Origin: an uncultured Candidatus Saccharibacteria bacterium
Lineage (GTDB): Bacteria > Patescibacteriota > Doudnabacteria > UBA920
DNA: 64,000 nucleotides
NCBI GenBank assembly: GCA_964474825.1
Contig: CAYYWQ010000001.1
Coordinates: 65,420 to 129,419, forward strand
Direction: 5' to 3'
The translations under genes were made by a program, and so were the position numbers. Positions 16,173 to 25,882 of the stretch are shown here, piece after piece; positions within the stretch are counted from its first letter, which is position 1, and every line of letters starts with the position of its first letter. The notes below the pieces were generated by a model. The model searched no databases, was not told where the DNA came from, and saw nothing but the letters and a program-made list of their open reading frames with translations.

Positions 16173-17879
16173 ATGATTGACTTAAAAGAAATAAAAACAA
16201 AGCTACAGGGTGAAATTAAAACTGACGAACAGACGCTGCAAACTTACAGCCGCGACGCCAGTATTTTTGAAATTAAACCCCAGGCTGTAATAGTGCCAAA
16301 AAACACAGCAGACGTGCAAAGTATTGTTAAGTGGGCGGCTGAGAAAAAAGTAAAAAACCCGGACCTTTCTATTACCGCCCGCTCTGCCGGTACAGACATG
16401 GGCGGTGGCGCGGTTAATGATTCTTTAATTTTAGATTTCACCGGGCATTTTAATAAAATTATTAAAATTGACCCTGCTCCTTCTAGGCCGGTAGTTATAA
16501 AAGAGGGGGATCGTGTTGCCCCGGCCCACATACCCACCGCCGGGACCGCAATTGTTGAGCCTGGGGTTTTTTACCGTGACTTTGAAAAGGCAACGCTGGA
16601 AAAAGGTTTAATTTTACCCTGCTACACGGCCTCTAAAAGTTTAAACACAGTGGGAGGGATGGCGGCCAACAACAGCGCTGGGGAAAAAACTTTGTCTTAC
16701 GGCCAAACTAAAGATTATGTGGAAGAATTGGAAGTGGTGCTTTCGGACGGCAGCGTTTGTACTTTTGGGCAACTGGACAATCACGGGCTTGAGCAAAAAC
16801 TTAAGCTCACGACTTTGGAGGGTAATATTTACCGGAAAATTTTTGCTTTGATAAAAGATAACTATGAATTAATCCAAAAGTCCAAACCCAACACTTCCAA
16901 AAATTCTGCCGGGTATTTGCTTTGGGAAGTTTGGGATAAAGTTAATTTTAATTTAGCTAAATTAATTGTGGGCAGCCAGGGAACATTGGCGTTAATAACT
17001 AAAATTAAATTTGCTTTGGTTAAGCCTAAGCCAAAGAGTGAATTATTGGTCATATTTTTAAAAGATTTAAAACAGCTGGGCGATATAGTTCATACTGTGG
17101 TGCAGTTTGGGCCGGAAAGTTTTGAAAGTTTTGACGACCATACTTTTAATTTGGCTATTCGGTTTTTGCCCGGGCTGCTTAAAAAAATGAAGGGCGGGAT
17201 TATTCATTTGGGGCTGCAGTTCTTGCCGGAACTTTGGATGACTCTAACAGGTGGAGTGCCTAAATTAATTTTAATTGCGGAATTTACAGGAGAGAGTGAA
17301 TACTCTGCCAGAAAGCCAATGCTGGAAGCGCAAAAAATAGTGGAAGAAAAATTTGGCCTTAAAACACATATTACAAAAAATGAAGACGAAGCCCAAAAAT
17401 ACTGGGTAATTCGCCGGGAAAGTTTTAGCTTATTGCGCCAGCACGTAAGCGGGCTCCACACAGCCCCTTTTATAGACGACATTGTGGTGCATCCTAAAGA
17501 TTTGCCTCAGTTTCTTCCAAGGCTCAATACAATTTTAGCTAAGTACCCCAAATTAATTTACACCATTGCCGGACATATGGGTGACGCTAATTTCCATATT
17601 ATCCCTTTAATGGATTTAAAAGATGCCAGCCAGAGAATGATAATTCCCAAGCTTTCTGAAGAGGTTTATAATTTGGTTTTGGAATACCACGGCAGCATAA
17701 CAGCGGAACATAATGACGGGCTTATTCGCACGCCATTTTTGGAAAAAATGTACGGCGTTAAAATGTATGACTTGTTTAAGCAGACCAAGCAGATTTTTGA
17801 CCCCCAGAATATTTTTAACCCGCGCAAAAAAGTTGGAGCTACTTGGGAGTATGTAATGGAGCATGTGAGCAAAAAATAG
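16173..17879 (+). CDS. FAD-linked oxidase (GlcD / D-lactate dehydrogenase-like)
   Basis: 568 aa; FAD-binding PCMH region PQAVIVPKNTADVQSIVKWA…ARSAGTDMGGGAV; C-terminal oxidase domain. Confidence 0.75.
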   Translation: MIDLKEIKTKLQGEIKTDEQTLQTYSRDASIFEIKPQAVIVPKNTADVQSIVKWAAEKKVKNPDLSITARSAGTDMGGGAVNDSLILDFTGHFNKIIKIDPAPSRPVVIKEGDRVAPAHIPTAGTAIVEPGVFYRDFEKATLEKGLILPCYTASKSLNTVGGMAANNSAGEKTLSYGQTKDYVEELEVVLSDGSVCTFGQLDNHGLEQKLKLTTLEGNIYRKIFALIKDNYELIQKSKPNTSKNSAGYLLWEVWDKVNFNLAKLIVGSQGTLALITKIKFALVKPKPKSELLVIFLKDLKQLGDIVHTVVQFGPESFESFDDHTFNLAIRFLPGLLKKMKGGIIHLGLQFLPELWMTLTGGVPKLILIAEFTGESEYSARKPMLEAQKIVEEKFGLKTHITKNEDEAQKYWVIRRESFSLLRQHVSGLHTAPFIDDIVVHPKDLPQFLPRLNTILAKYPKLIYTIAGHMGDANFHIIPLMDLKDASQRMIIPKLSEEVYNLVLEYHGSITAEHNDGLIRTPFLEKMYGVKMYDLFKQTKQIFDPQNIFNPRKKVGATWEYVMEHVSKK

Positions 17880-17904
17880 TTGAAAGTTTATAAAGTTCAT
17901 AAAG

Positions 17905-18585
17905 TTGAAAGTTGGGACAAAAAATCCTAAAGTTATGGAATATCAATTAATTCGCAGCCGCAGGAGGACTGTGGCTTTGGTAATTAACAGGCAGGGGCAG
18001 TTAGTGGTAAGGGCTCCCGGCAGAGTTGGCGTTTCGGAAATTGAAAGGTTTATTTTACAAAAACAGGCTTGGATTGTTAAACATCAGCAAAAGTTGTTGT
18101 CTAATCCGTCTCCCATAAAACAATATATAGAGGGGGAGAAGTTTTTGTTTTTGGGACAGGAATACCCTTTACGTTTGGTAAACGGCCGGGGTAAGGCTGT
18201 GGTTTTATATGACAAAGAATTTTTACTGCCCGCCGTATTGGCGGGAAAAGCCAAGCGTTTGTTTGAACAATGGTATAAAAAACAGGCGCAAGATTTATTG
18301 CCAAAGCGCGCGGCCGTGTTTGGACCGCGTATGCAGGTTAATTATAGAGCAATTAAAATAAGCAGCGCCAAAACCCGTTGGGGAAGCTGTAGTGCTTCGG
18401 GCAACATTACTTTTTCCTGGCGGCTTATTACCGCGCCTTTGGAAGCAGTTGACTATGTTGTGGTCCATGAGCTGGCGCATTTGGTCCACCGTAACCATTC
18501 CCGGCAGTTTTGGGCCTTGGTTGAAAAGTTTTGTCCGCATTATAAAGCCATAAGAAAAAATTTGAACAGCAGGGCTAAATTTTAG
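17905..18585 (+). CDS. YgjP-like metal-dependent hydrolase (DUF45, HExxH)
   Basis: 226 aa; C-terminal VVVHELAHLVHRNHSRQFW motif. Confidence 0.7.
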   Translation: MKVGTKNPKVMEYQLIRSRRRTVALVINRQGQLVVRAPGRVGVSEIERFILQKQAWIVKHQQKLLSNPSPIKQYIEGEKFLFLGQEYPLRLVNGRGKAVVLYDKEFLLPAVLAGKAKRLFEQWYKKQAQDLLPKRAAVFGPRMQVNYRAIKISSAKTRWGSCSASGNITFSWRLITAPLEAVDYVVVHELAHLVHRNHSRQFWALVEKFCPHYKAIRKNLNSRAKF

Positions 18586-18586
18586 G

Positions 18587-18616
18587 TTGCAAACCATTTG
18601 ACAGTAGTGTTATAAT
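18587..18616 (+). promoter_or_regulatory. Promoter TTGCAA-18 nt-TGtTATAAT (extended -10)
   Basis: Consensus-like boxes ~115 nt upstream of GGCT gene; leader contains weak hairpin + T6 (18684-18717). Confidence 0.45.
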
Positions 18617-18732
18617 TAGAACATAAAAGCCTGCACTGCCCGAAAGTAGGGTACCATCAGACTGAATAAAATAAAAAAAGCTTTAAACTAAAACAAGCTT
18701 TGTTTTTTGCGGACGCAAATTAAATTTACCCC

Positions 18733-19155
18733 ATGCTTTATTTCGCTTACGGTTCAAATATGAATATTGCGCATATGCGCCGAATGTGCGGCTGGAATTG
18801 CCGGCCTCTTGGCGCGGCTTTGCTAAGGGGTTTTGAATTTGGTTTTGACTTAAGGGGCTATAATAATGTCCGTCCCAATAATAGCGAGCAGACTTGGGGA
18901 GTTTTATTTGAGATTAACGAAGCAGCGCTGGCAACCATGGACCAGTTTGAAGGGTATCCGAATGTCTTTAACCGCCAAGAAGTTGAGGTTACCGACAACA
19001 GTGGTAAAAGTATGACAGCGTGGATGTATTTTCAGCCTGAGGACCAGTTTGGTGGTAAGCATGCCAAACCCGAACATTTAAAGGGGATTTTAATTGGTGC
19101 CCGCGAAAACGGATTGCCCGAGGAGTGGATAGGCAAGCTAGAAACTTTTTTTTAA
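18733..19155 (+). CDS. Gamma-glutamyl cyclotransferase-like (AIG2/GGCT family)
   Basis: 140 aa; YFAYGSNMN N-terminal signature. Confidence 0.75.
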   Translation: MLYFAYGSNMNIAHMRRMCGWNCRPLGAALLRGFEFGFDLRGYNNVRPNNSEQTWGVLFEINEAALATMDQFEGYPNVFNRQEVEVTDNSGKSMTAWMYFQPEDQFGGKHAKPEHLKGILIGARENGLPEEWIGKLETFF

Positions 19156-19219
19156 AACCGCATAATTTGAGTTACCGCCTTCGAGCGGATTTTTTTTCGC
19201 TAATGATTTTTCTCAGGAA

Positions 19220-19441
19220 TTGGATTATAATCATATTATGATACGAAAAATATTTAAAACCGGACATTCAGCCGCGGTTACCATTTCGGGCAAGCTTTTG
19301 TCGCAAATGGGTTTAAAAATGGGGGACGATGTTAAAATAGAAAGTACCGGGGAAGGTGTTCTAACCATAAAACCGGCCAAGCGCCAAAACCAACTGACTT
19401 TAGATTTAAAAGTCCGCCCTAAATTGGGGGCAAAAAATTGA
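19220..19441 (+). CDS. AbrB/MazE/SpoVT-like small DNA-binding protein
   Basis: 73 aa; swapped-hairpin-like IRKIFKTGHSAAVTI…GDDVKIE…GVLTIKP; 1-nt gap to next gene. Confidence 0.5.
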   Translation: MDYNHIMIRKIFKTGHSAAVTISGKLLSQMGLKMGDDVKIESTGEGVLTIKPAKRQNQLTLDLKVRPKLGAKN

Positions 19442-19442
19442 A

Positions 19443-20954
19443 ATGAATAGACTTTGGAAAATTTTGTGGGCAGCGGCATTTGTGGCGGCCGGAATGGCCG
19501 TGTTTTTTTATTTTCCTAAGCCGCAAAAAATATTGCCAATCCCAGTAGATACCAATTCACATTACTCATATTTTTCCCAAAAAGAGTTTTATGAGGAGGC
19601 TTACAAGGCGGCTAAGCCAAACCGGAATAATATTAGCAGCGGGGAAATTAAAGGCATAATAGTTAACCATCATTTGCTTGCCTCATCATTCATTGCTGAA
19701 GCCTTTAATACAGTGGCTACTACCGCGCCTATTACTGTTTTGTTAATTAGTCCAAATCACTTTGACGCCGGCAGAGCAGATGTTATAACTTCAGCGAAAA
19801 ATTGGCAAACTCCTTACGGGGTTTTGGAGGCAGACACAGAGCAGGTGAACTTGCTGACTGCGTCCGGTTTAGCAAGTGTTGAGGAATCCCCATTTGAACA
19901 GGAGCATGGAGTTAGCGGGATTGTGGGGTTTATAAAAAAGTCTTTGCCAAACAGCAAAGTTGTGCCGTTGATTTTTAAGAACAGAATTAAGCTTCCACAG
20001 ATCCAAAGTTTGGTAAATAGTTACGTTCAGCCAGCTGAAAAAAATGTTTTGGTAGTTGGTTCCTTTGACTTCTCGCACTACTTAACATCGCGCGGAGCGG
20101 ATTTCCATGATATTGAAAATTTGTCTACCGTGGAAAGTTTTAATTTTGGCAGCATTTATAATTTGGACATAGATTCCCGGCCGGGCTTGGCTTTCTTTTT
20201 ACAGCTCCTACAGAATAGCGGCAACCAAAATTTTCATCTTTTGGAAAATTCCAATTCTTCCAAGCTGGCAAAACAGGATGTTTTAGAAACCACTAGCTAT
20301 ATAACTGGCTATTTTACCAAAGGCAAGCCTGTAACAAACCCGGCTGATACAGCGTTAATATTACCGCCTATTGTATCATCACGAAATGCCGGAGAGTCAC
20401 TTAATCGTAACAATAAAGCTTGGTCCGTGGAATACTTGGAACGGTTGTTTTATGGCCAGGACAAAACTATTACTTATGTGGAGGGTAATAAAAGTTTAGT
20501 AGAGCCTCTGCTGAAGAAATATAGTTTTACTGATTTAGTAAGTAAAGATCAAAAGGTTGCTGTTGGTAACTATGAGATCCAAATTTTACTAAAACCTAAT
20601 CAGGCAACATTACAAAAGGCAATTGATCAAGGCGCAGACGCCGTTGTGCAGTATAAAGCTTCCGCGGATAGTGTTAGTTTTTATAAAGGCAAGCCAGTGG
20701 TAAGTATTAGTCGTGATTTCTTGTCAGATGACACCCTAAAAAGTGGGGGAACTGGCCTGGCTTATGGCTTGGCCTGGCAAAATAACCGGGTCAGCATAAC
20801 TATATTGCCAATTGGCATCAATGGCGGCCGCGCAAAGTTGCTTATTGGAAATGACGGTGTTAAGATATTAGAAGAACTAGCGCTAAAATCTTCGGTATAT
20901 GAAGAAATAAAAAAACAGATCGGCCAGGGCATTATTAAAATCAATAATAACTAA
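19443..20954 (+). CDS. Membrane-anchored Memo-like (AmmeMemoRadiSam protein B family) protein with C-terminal extension
   Basis: 503 aa; N-terminal TM; IIVNHHLLAS / LISPNHF / GSFDFSHY match MEMO1 APHAGY / LGPSHH / SSDFCHWG pattern. Confidence 0.5.
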   Translation: MNRLWKILWAAAFVAAGMAVFFYFPKPQKILPIPVDTNSHYSYFSQKEFYEEAYKAAKPNRNNISSGEIKGIIVNHHLLASSFIAEAFNTVATTAPITVLLISPNHFDAGRADVITSAKNWQTPYGVLEADTEQVNLLTASGLASVEESPFEQEHGVSGIVGFIKKSLPNSKVVPLIFKNRIKLPQIQSLVNSYVQPAEKNVLVVGSFDFSHYLTSRGADFHDIENLSTVESFNFGSIYNLDIDSRPGLAFFLQLLQNSGNQNFHLLENSNSSKLAKQDVLETTSYITGYFTKGKPVTNPADTALILPPIVSSRNAGESLNRNNKAWSVEYLERLFYGQDKTITYVEGNKSLVEPLLKKYSFTDLVSKDQKVAVGNYEIQILLKPNQATLQKAIDQGADAVVQYKASADSVSFYKGKPVVSISRDFLSDDTLKSGGTGLAYGLAWQNNRVSITILPIGINGGRAKLLIGNDGVKILEELALKSSVYEEIKKQIGQGIIKINNN

Positions 20955-20965
20955 ACAATTTATTT

Positions 20966-22771
20966 ATGGACCAACCACAAGACCCAAACCAAATTTCGCC
21001 AACCCAGCAGCAGCCACAGTCACCGCAGCAAATGCATGTCTTTACTCCGGCCAAGCGTAATAACATGGTTTTAGGAATTATTATTGCCGCGGTTTTGGTT
21101 ATTGCGGGCGGGGCTTTTGCTTTTTGGCAATACCAGGCAAAGAATAATGACGGCAATCTTGCAAATGAGAACAATGGTAACCAGGTAGTGCCAACACCCA
21201 CAGAATCACCGGATGACTCAACCCCGGGAGGAGACTATATGGGCACGCCCCCTGTATGTAAAAATTCGGGACCAATTTTAGCCAGTAAATCCGGAACGGT
21301 GGAGTGGGGAAAGCCGGAAATAGTGGAAGGCTTGGTTTTATTCGGCTCAACAACACCGGAGAGTATTTATGGGGGGGAGAGCAGCAGGCTAGTTGGCCAT
21401 TTTGTTTCCGGAAAGTATGGAGGAGGCGACTTGTTAATGACAAGCGTGAATTGGAACGAGCCTGGTGGTCCGTCTTGGTTTTTTGTTGTGAAGCAGGGTA
21501 ATGTATTTACTTTTTTAAATAAATATTCGGACCCATTGCCAAACTCTTCAGATACAAAGCCCAAGGTTAATTTAGTTGAAGACAAGGAATTTAGTTTGGT
21601 TGATTTGGATTTTCCCCAAACTTTGCATTCTACAAATCCGGTGGCAGATTTTACCTTGGCTACAAATTTAGGGTTCTATAAGAATGGCACTGAAATTTTT
21701 TGCGCTGACCATTATGTTAAAGTATTTACCGACCCCACCGTGGGAGATGTGTATACCGATGCCGGTACGGAAACAATCGGAACTGGCCCTTATGCTTATG
21801 CCCCAAAATTTGGCTTTTATGTAAAGGCCCCAACCGGTATGCAGCTGTCGTATAAGTTAGACGTAAGTTTTGCCGCCGCAAACAAGGTTCCCTTGCTTAC
21901 TTGGGACAAGGGGCAAAAAAATTCTTTGGAATATTCCTTCCAGCATATTGGCGGTTGCGGGGTTTCCCAATTTTTGGATATTGTTAATATCGACCAATCT
22001 GCTTTAACCCAAATTGGCAGCACTTTTGACGGCCAAGCGGTTTACGGTTACAAAGACGGCAATTCCCAGGAACTGAAAGATATGTACGACAGCATTTATG
22101 TGGAAGAGGGGAAAACCAAACCCTCTTACAATACTTTTTTGGCAGACCACCCAATATTTTTCTGGAAAGACCAATTTGGCCAGTTTGTCAGGTTTAAAAT
22201 AATGAAATACCAGCCTTTGGCTGAATGCGGCAAGCCTGTAATTTATTTGTACCCCGAAACAACACAAAAAATTTCCGTAAAATTAAATCCTGTTGGCGGG
22301 TTTACAAAGTCTGAGCCGGCTTACAATAGCGGCTGGAATGTAATTTCCGACCCCCTGAGCAACATTACTAACCTGGCCGACGGAATAGTTTACCCATATT
22401 TATTCTGGGAAGGCCGAGGGGGGATGTACCAAACTCCGGAAAAAGGTTTTGTTATAGCCAAGGCAGAAGTCCATTCGTTTTTGGTGGAAAAACTTAATAA
22501 GATGGGATTAAACGACAAAGAGACTGCGGACTTTATGGAATTTTGGGAACCAAAAATGCAAAGCTCCCCGTATTATTTTGTGACCTTTATGGGAAATAAT
22601 ATTATGGACCAGTTGGCTCCACTATCAATAACCCCCAAACCGGACACAGTTATTCGTATACTTATGGATTTTACTCCGCTGGAACATCCAATTACAGTTG
22701 AAGGTTTTAAAATCCGCACTCCTGTGAGAAAAGGCTTTACTGTTGTGGAGTGGGGTGGGGTATTAAGATAG
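20966..22771 (+). CDS. Hypothetical membrane-anchored extracellular protein
   Basis: 601 aa; Gln/Pro-rich N-terminus then single TM; no recognised domain. Confidence 0.5.
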   Translation: MDQPQDPNQISPTQQQPQSPQQMHVFTPAKRNNMVLGIIIAAVLVIAGGAFAFWQYQAKNNDGNLANENNGNQVVPTPTESPDDSTPGGDYMGTPPVCKNSGPILASKSGTVEWGKPEIVEGLVLFGSTTPESIYGGESSRLVGHFVSGKYGGGDLLMTSVNWNEPGGPSWFFVVKQGNVFTFLNKYSDPLPNSSDTKPKVNLVEDKEFSLVDLDFPQTLHSTNPVADFTLATNLGFYKNGTEIFCADHYVKVFTDPTVGDVYTDAGTETIGTGPYAYAPKFGFYVKAPTGMQLSYKLDVSFAAANKVPLLTWDKGQKNSLEYSFQHIGGCGVSQFLDIVNIDQSALTQIGSTFDGQAVYGYKDGNSQELKDMYDSIYVEEGKTKPSYNTFLADHPIFFWKDQFGQFVRFKIMKYQPLAECGKPVIYLYPETTQKISVKLNPVGGFTKSEPAYNSGWNVISDPLSNITNLADGIVYPYLFWEGRGGMYQTPEKGFVIAKAEVHSFLVEKLNKMGLNDKETADFMEFWEPKMQSSPYYFVTFMGNNIMDQLAPLSITPKPDTVIRILMDFTPLEHPITVEGFKIRTPVRKGFTVVEWGGVLR

Positions 22772-22777
22772 ATTAAA

Positions 22778-23347
22778 ATGAAAAAAATAGTAATTGTTAT
22801 TGTCATAGTTGTTATTGTGGTTTTGATTGGCATAATTTATTTTCGTTCCGGAAATAAAACTGTTACATACACCAATCAACCCAACCAAACTAATACAAAC
22901 ACGCCTATGAAAATTTCCAGCCCGGCTTTTGTTTCAGGGGAAGCCATTCCAAAAAAATATACCTGTGACGATATTGGCGTTAATCCGCCTTTGGAAATTT
23001 CCGATGTGCCAGCGCAGGCCCAGAGTTTGGCTTTAATTATAGACGACCCCGACGCGCCGGCCGGTACTTGGACGCATTGGGTAGTATGGAATATACCGCC
23101 GGACACCAAGACAATAGCGGAAAACAGCGTGCCTCCCACGGCAACCGTGGGTCAAGCCAGCAGCGGACAAAATGTTTACGGGAGCCTCTGCCCTCCTTCC
23201 GGCATACACCACTATTATTTTAAACTTTACGCCTTACCTAACAAGTTAACCTTGTCTTCTTTTTCGGACGTAGCGGTTTTGCAAAAAGCCATGGACGGAA
23301 ATGTAATTGCGACAGCTGAGTTAATGGGAACTTACAGCAGGCCATAA
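22778..23347 (+). CDS. PEBP / YbhB-YbcL family protein (Raf kinase inhibitor-like), membrane-anchored
   Basis: 189 aa; N-terminal TM; IIDDPDAP…WTHWVVWNIP…YYFKLYAL PEBP signature. Confidence 0.75.
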   Translation: MKKIVIVIVIVVIVVLIGIIYFRSGNKTVTYTNQPNQTNTNTPMKISSPAFVSGEAIPKKYTCDDIGVNPPLEISDVPAQAQSLALIIDDPDAPAGTWTHWVVWNIPPDTKTIAENSVPPTATVGQASSGQNVYGSLCPPSGIHHYYFKLYALPNKLTLSSFSDVAVLQKAMDGNVIATAELMGTYSRP

Positions 23348-23356
23348 TTAAGAGTT

Positions 23357-23384
23357 TTCAAATTAAAGGAACTATTTCGATAGT
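23357..23384 (+). terminator. Rho-independent terminator AGGAACTAT-TTCG-ATAGTTCCT + T6
   Basis: Perfect 9-bp stem, tetraloop, T-run; directly followed by extended -10 TGgTATAAT (23386-23394). Confidence 0.75.
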
Positions 23385-23385
23385 T

Positions 23386-23394
23386 CCTTTTTTT
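23386..23394 (+). promoter_or_regulatory. Extended -10 promoter element TGgTATAAT for the pilin gene string
   Basis: Consensus extended -10, 42 nt upstream of ATG 23436. Confidence 0.5.
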
Positions 23395-23435
23395 GTGGTA
23401 TAATATAGGTCAAATAGGAAACTTTTGAAAGAAAA

Positions 23436-25253
23436 ATGCCAGTAAAAATCATGTCTAAAAATACGGGATTTACTCTAATTGAAGTCATTGTGACTTTGGC
23501 AATTTTTGCGCTGCTTTTGACTACGGCTTTAAGCGTATCTTCCGCATTAACTCAGTCAGTAAAAGCTTCCCGCCAAAAAACTATTATTGCTTCTTTGGCC
23601 GACAATTATATGGAAATAATGCGCAATATGCCTTACAGCCAAATTGGCACTGTGCATGGTAACCCGGTTGGGACTTTGGCGGATTGCAACGGCACGCCGC
23701 CCGCTTGTCCGGGTGCTACGCAAACTACCGTAGAAGGCCAGCTCTATAAAATTTTCTATGAAGTTACGTACATAGACGACCCGGCAGACGCGCTTGCCAC
23801 TACAGACGTTGCGCCGGCAGATTATAAGCAGGTTAAACTAACAATTCTAAACACCCAAACGGGCGGTTTTACTAATTTTGTAACAACTGTGGTGCCAAAG
23901 GGTTTGGAAAACACCAATAACGCCGGAGCGCTTTCCATTAACGTAATTGATTATTTGGGACAGGCTGTGCCTGGAGCTATTGTTACAATACAATCACCAC
24001 CTACGAGTCCTACTATGAACCTGTCCCGCACCAGCGACTCCAGCGGAAATTGGATTGAAGTTGGTTTACCTGCCGGGGTGAACAGTTACCGCGTAACCGT
24101 AACCAAGGGCGGGTATTCCACAGACCTAACTTACCCCAGCACTGTTTCAAACCCCAACCCTGTAAACCCTGACGCGACTGTTATTAATGGCCAGGCCACG
24201 CCCATAACTTTTGCTATAGACTCGTTGGCAAATTTAACGGTTAACACCGTGGACCAGTTTTGCGCCCCTATTAACGGAGTTAACGTGAACATTACAGGAG
24301 CTAAGCCAGTCGGCACTAACCCAAGTGTTTATAAATTCAACCAAAATTTTACTTCGTCGGGTGGAGCCGTGGCTTTAAACAGTGCTGAGTGGGATACCTA
24401 TACGCCCACACTGCTTACCGGGCAAACTTATGTAATTGCCGGTACGTCGCCAATACAAAAAATTGATGTCCTTCCCACTACCTCCCAAACTTTTACCATG
24501 GTGCTAAACGCTTCTACAACCGGCAACACTTTGCTGGCCATAGTAAAAGATGCGGCAACGGGAGCGGCTTTGGAAGGGGCTACTGTAACGCTTAGCGGCC
24601 CGAGTTATCCGGCCAATGCGCTTATCACCGGAGGCAGTGTGTGGGTGGAGACAGATTGGAGCCATGGCGCGGGGCAGGCCATGTTTAACGACGGGGACAC
24701 TTTAAAATATTGGACCGATGACGGGAATATAAACAACACCAGTCCCAGCGGACAAATCCAGCTCAGGAAAACTGGCAGCAATTATTCTCCCGCCGGCTGG
24801 CTGGAATCTTCCACTTACGACACGGGGACCAGCGCTACCCAATTTACAAATATTACCTGGCAGCCGCTTTCTCAGAATGCCAATACAGTTTTAAAATTTC
24901 AGCTAGCTTCCAATAATGACAACACCACCTGGGACTACGTCGGTCCCGACGGTACAGCCGCAACTTACTATACGGTTTCCGGGACTTCCATGAGTGCTAA
25001 TTTGAACAGTAAACGTTATATTCGCTACAAAGCTTTTTTGTCTACAACCAACAGTTCTTTTACGCCGGTACTTACTTCGCTTAACATTAATTACGTTTCG
25101 GGCTGCAGGACTCCTGGCCAAGTGTTGTTTAATAACAGTTTGCCCCAGGGCAGTTACACTTTAACCGTTTCCATGACCGGCTATTCCACACAAACGTTTA
25201 ATAACCTAAATATTAGCGGGAACCAAACGCTTACAGTGCAAATGGCACCATGA
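23436..25253 (+). CDS. Large type IV pilin-like / pseudopilin protein
   Basis: 605 aa; prepilin N-terminus MSKNTGFTLIEVIVTLAIFALLL (G^FTLIE cleavage/methylation motif) then beta-rich Thr/Asn-rich domain. Confidence 0.7.
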   Translation: MPVKIMSKNTGFTLIEVIVTLAIFALLLTTALSVSSALTQSVKASRQKTIIASLADNYMEIMRNMPYSQIGTVHGNPVGTLADCNGTPPACPGATQTTVEGQLYKIFYEVTYIDDPADALATTDVAPADYKQVKLTILNTQTGGFTNFVTTVVPKGLENTNNAGALSINVIDYLGQAVPGAIVTIQSPPTSPTMNLSRTSDSSGNWIEVGLPAGVNSYRVTVTKGGYSTDLTYPSTVSNPNPVNPDATVINGQATPITFAIDSLANLTVNTVDQFCAPINGVNVNITGAKPVGTNPSVYKFNQNFTSSGGAVALNSAEWDTYTPTLLTGQTYVIAGTSPIQKIDVLPTTSQTFTMVLNASTTGNTLLAIVKDAATGAALEGATVTLSGPSYPANALITGGSVWVETDWSHGAGQAMFNDGDTLKYWTDDGNINNTSPSGQIQLRKTGSNYSPAGWLESSTYDTGTSATQFTNITWQPLSQNANTVLKFQLASNNDNTTWDYVGPDGTAATYYTVSGTSMSANLNSKRYIRYKAFLSTTNSSFTPVLTSLNINYVSGCRTPGQVLFNNSLPQGSYTLTVSMTGYSTQTFNNLNISGNQTLTVQMAP

Positions 25254-25882
25254 AAAAAAATCTAAATTCTAAATTCGAAATTCGAAATTCCGGTTTTACC
25301 TTGGTGGAAATGCTGGTGGCAATTTTTTCTTTTACTTTAATTTCCGCCGGTATGATTGGTTTAATTTCAGTAATGTTTACCACTTACAAGCAGCAGGGTG
25401 GACTTCTTTCCGACCAGGACCAGGCGCGCAAGGTGGCTTTTAATATTATGGCGGAATTGCGTAACTGCCAAACATCTTCTTTAGGTTCTTACGCCATAGA
25501 AACGGCGCAAGACCAGCAGTTAACTTTTTATACCAATGTAGACAGCGACAATGCCATTGAAAAAATTCGTTACTTTGTACAAACTTCCCAGTTGTGGAAG
25601 GGTGTTACCAAGCTTAGCGGCGGCAGCTATAATCCGGCAAACGAAGTAAAAACCATGGTCCAGAATAATTTAGCCAACGGGGCCGCCCCATTGTTTTATT
25701 ATTATGACGGCAGTTACACCGGCACCCAAGCAGCGCTGACCCAGCCTGTGTCAGTGGCTAACATAAAGTTTGTGGTACTCAAGCTCATGGTTTACAATAA
25801 AGCGGGAGTGAAAAACACCAACACTTATACTGTAACGGCCAGCGGCGCTGTGCGTAATTTAAAAACAAACCTTGGACAATGA
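25250..25882 (+). CDS. Type IV pilin-like protein
   Basis: 210 aa; leader MKKNLNSKFEIRNS then GFTLVEMLVAIFSF prepilin motif; 4-nt start/stop overlap with upstream gene. Confidence 0.7.
   Translation: MKKNLNSKFEIRNSGFTLVEMLVAIFSFTLISAGMIGLISVMFTTYKQQGGLLSDQDQARKVAFNIMAELRNCQTSSLGSYAIETAQDQQLTFYTNVDSDNAIEKIRYFVQTSQLWKGVTKLSGGSYNPANEVKTMVQNNLANGAAPLFYYYDGSYTGTQAALTQPVSVANIKFVVLKLMVYNKAGVKNTNTYTVTASGAVRNLKTNLGQ
25261..25288. repeat. Heptanucleotide tandem array TCTAAAT x2 TCGAAAT x2 at codons 5-13 of pilin gene 25250
   Basis: Read directly; preceded by A8 homopolymer at 25253-25260. Confidence 0.8.

Noticed and set aside
18598-18616. TTGACA at 18598 as the -35 of the GGCT promoter
   Set aside because: Spacer to the TATAAT box would be 7 nt; TTGCAA at 18587 with 18-nt spacer fits instead.
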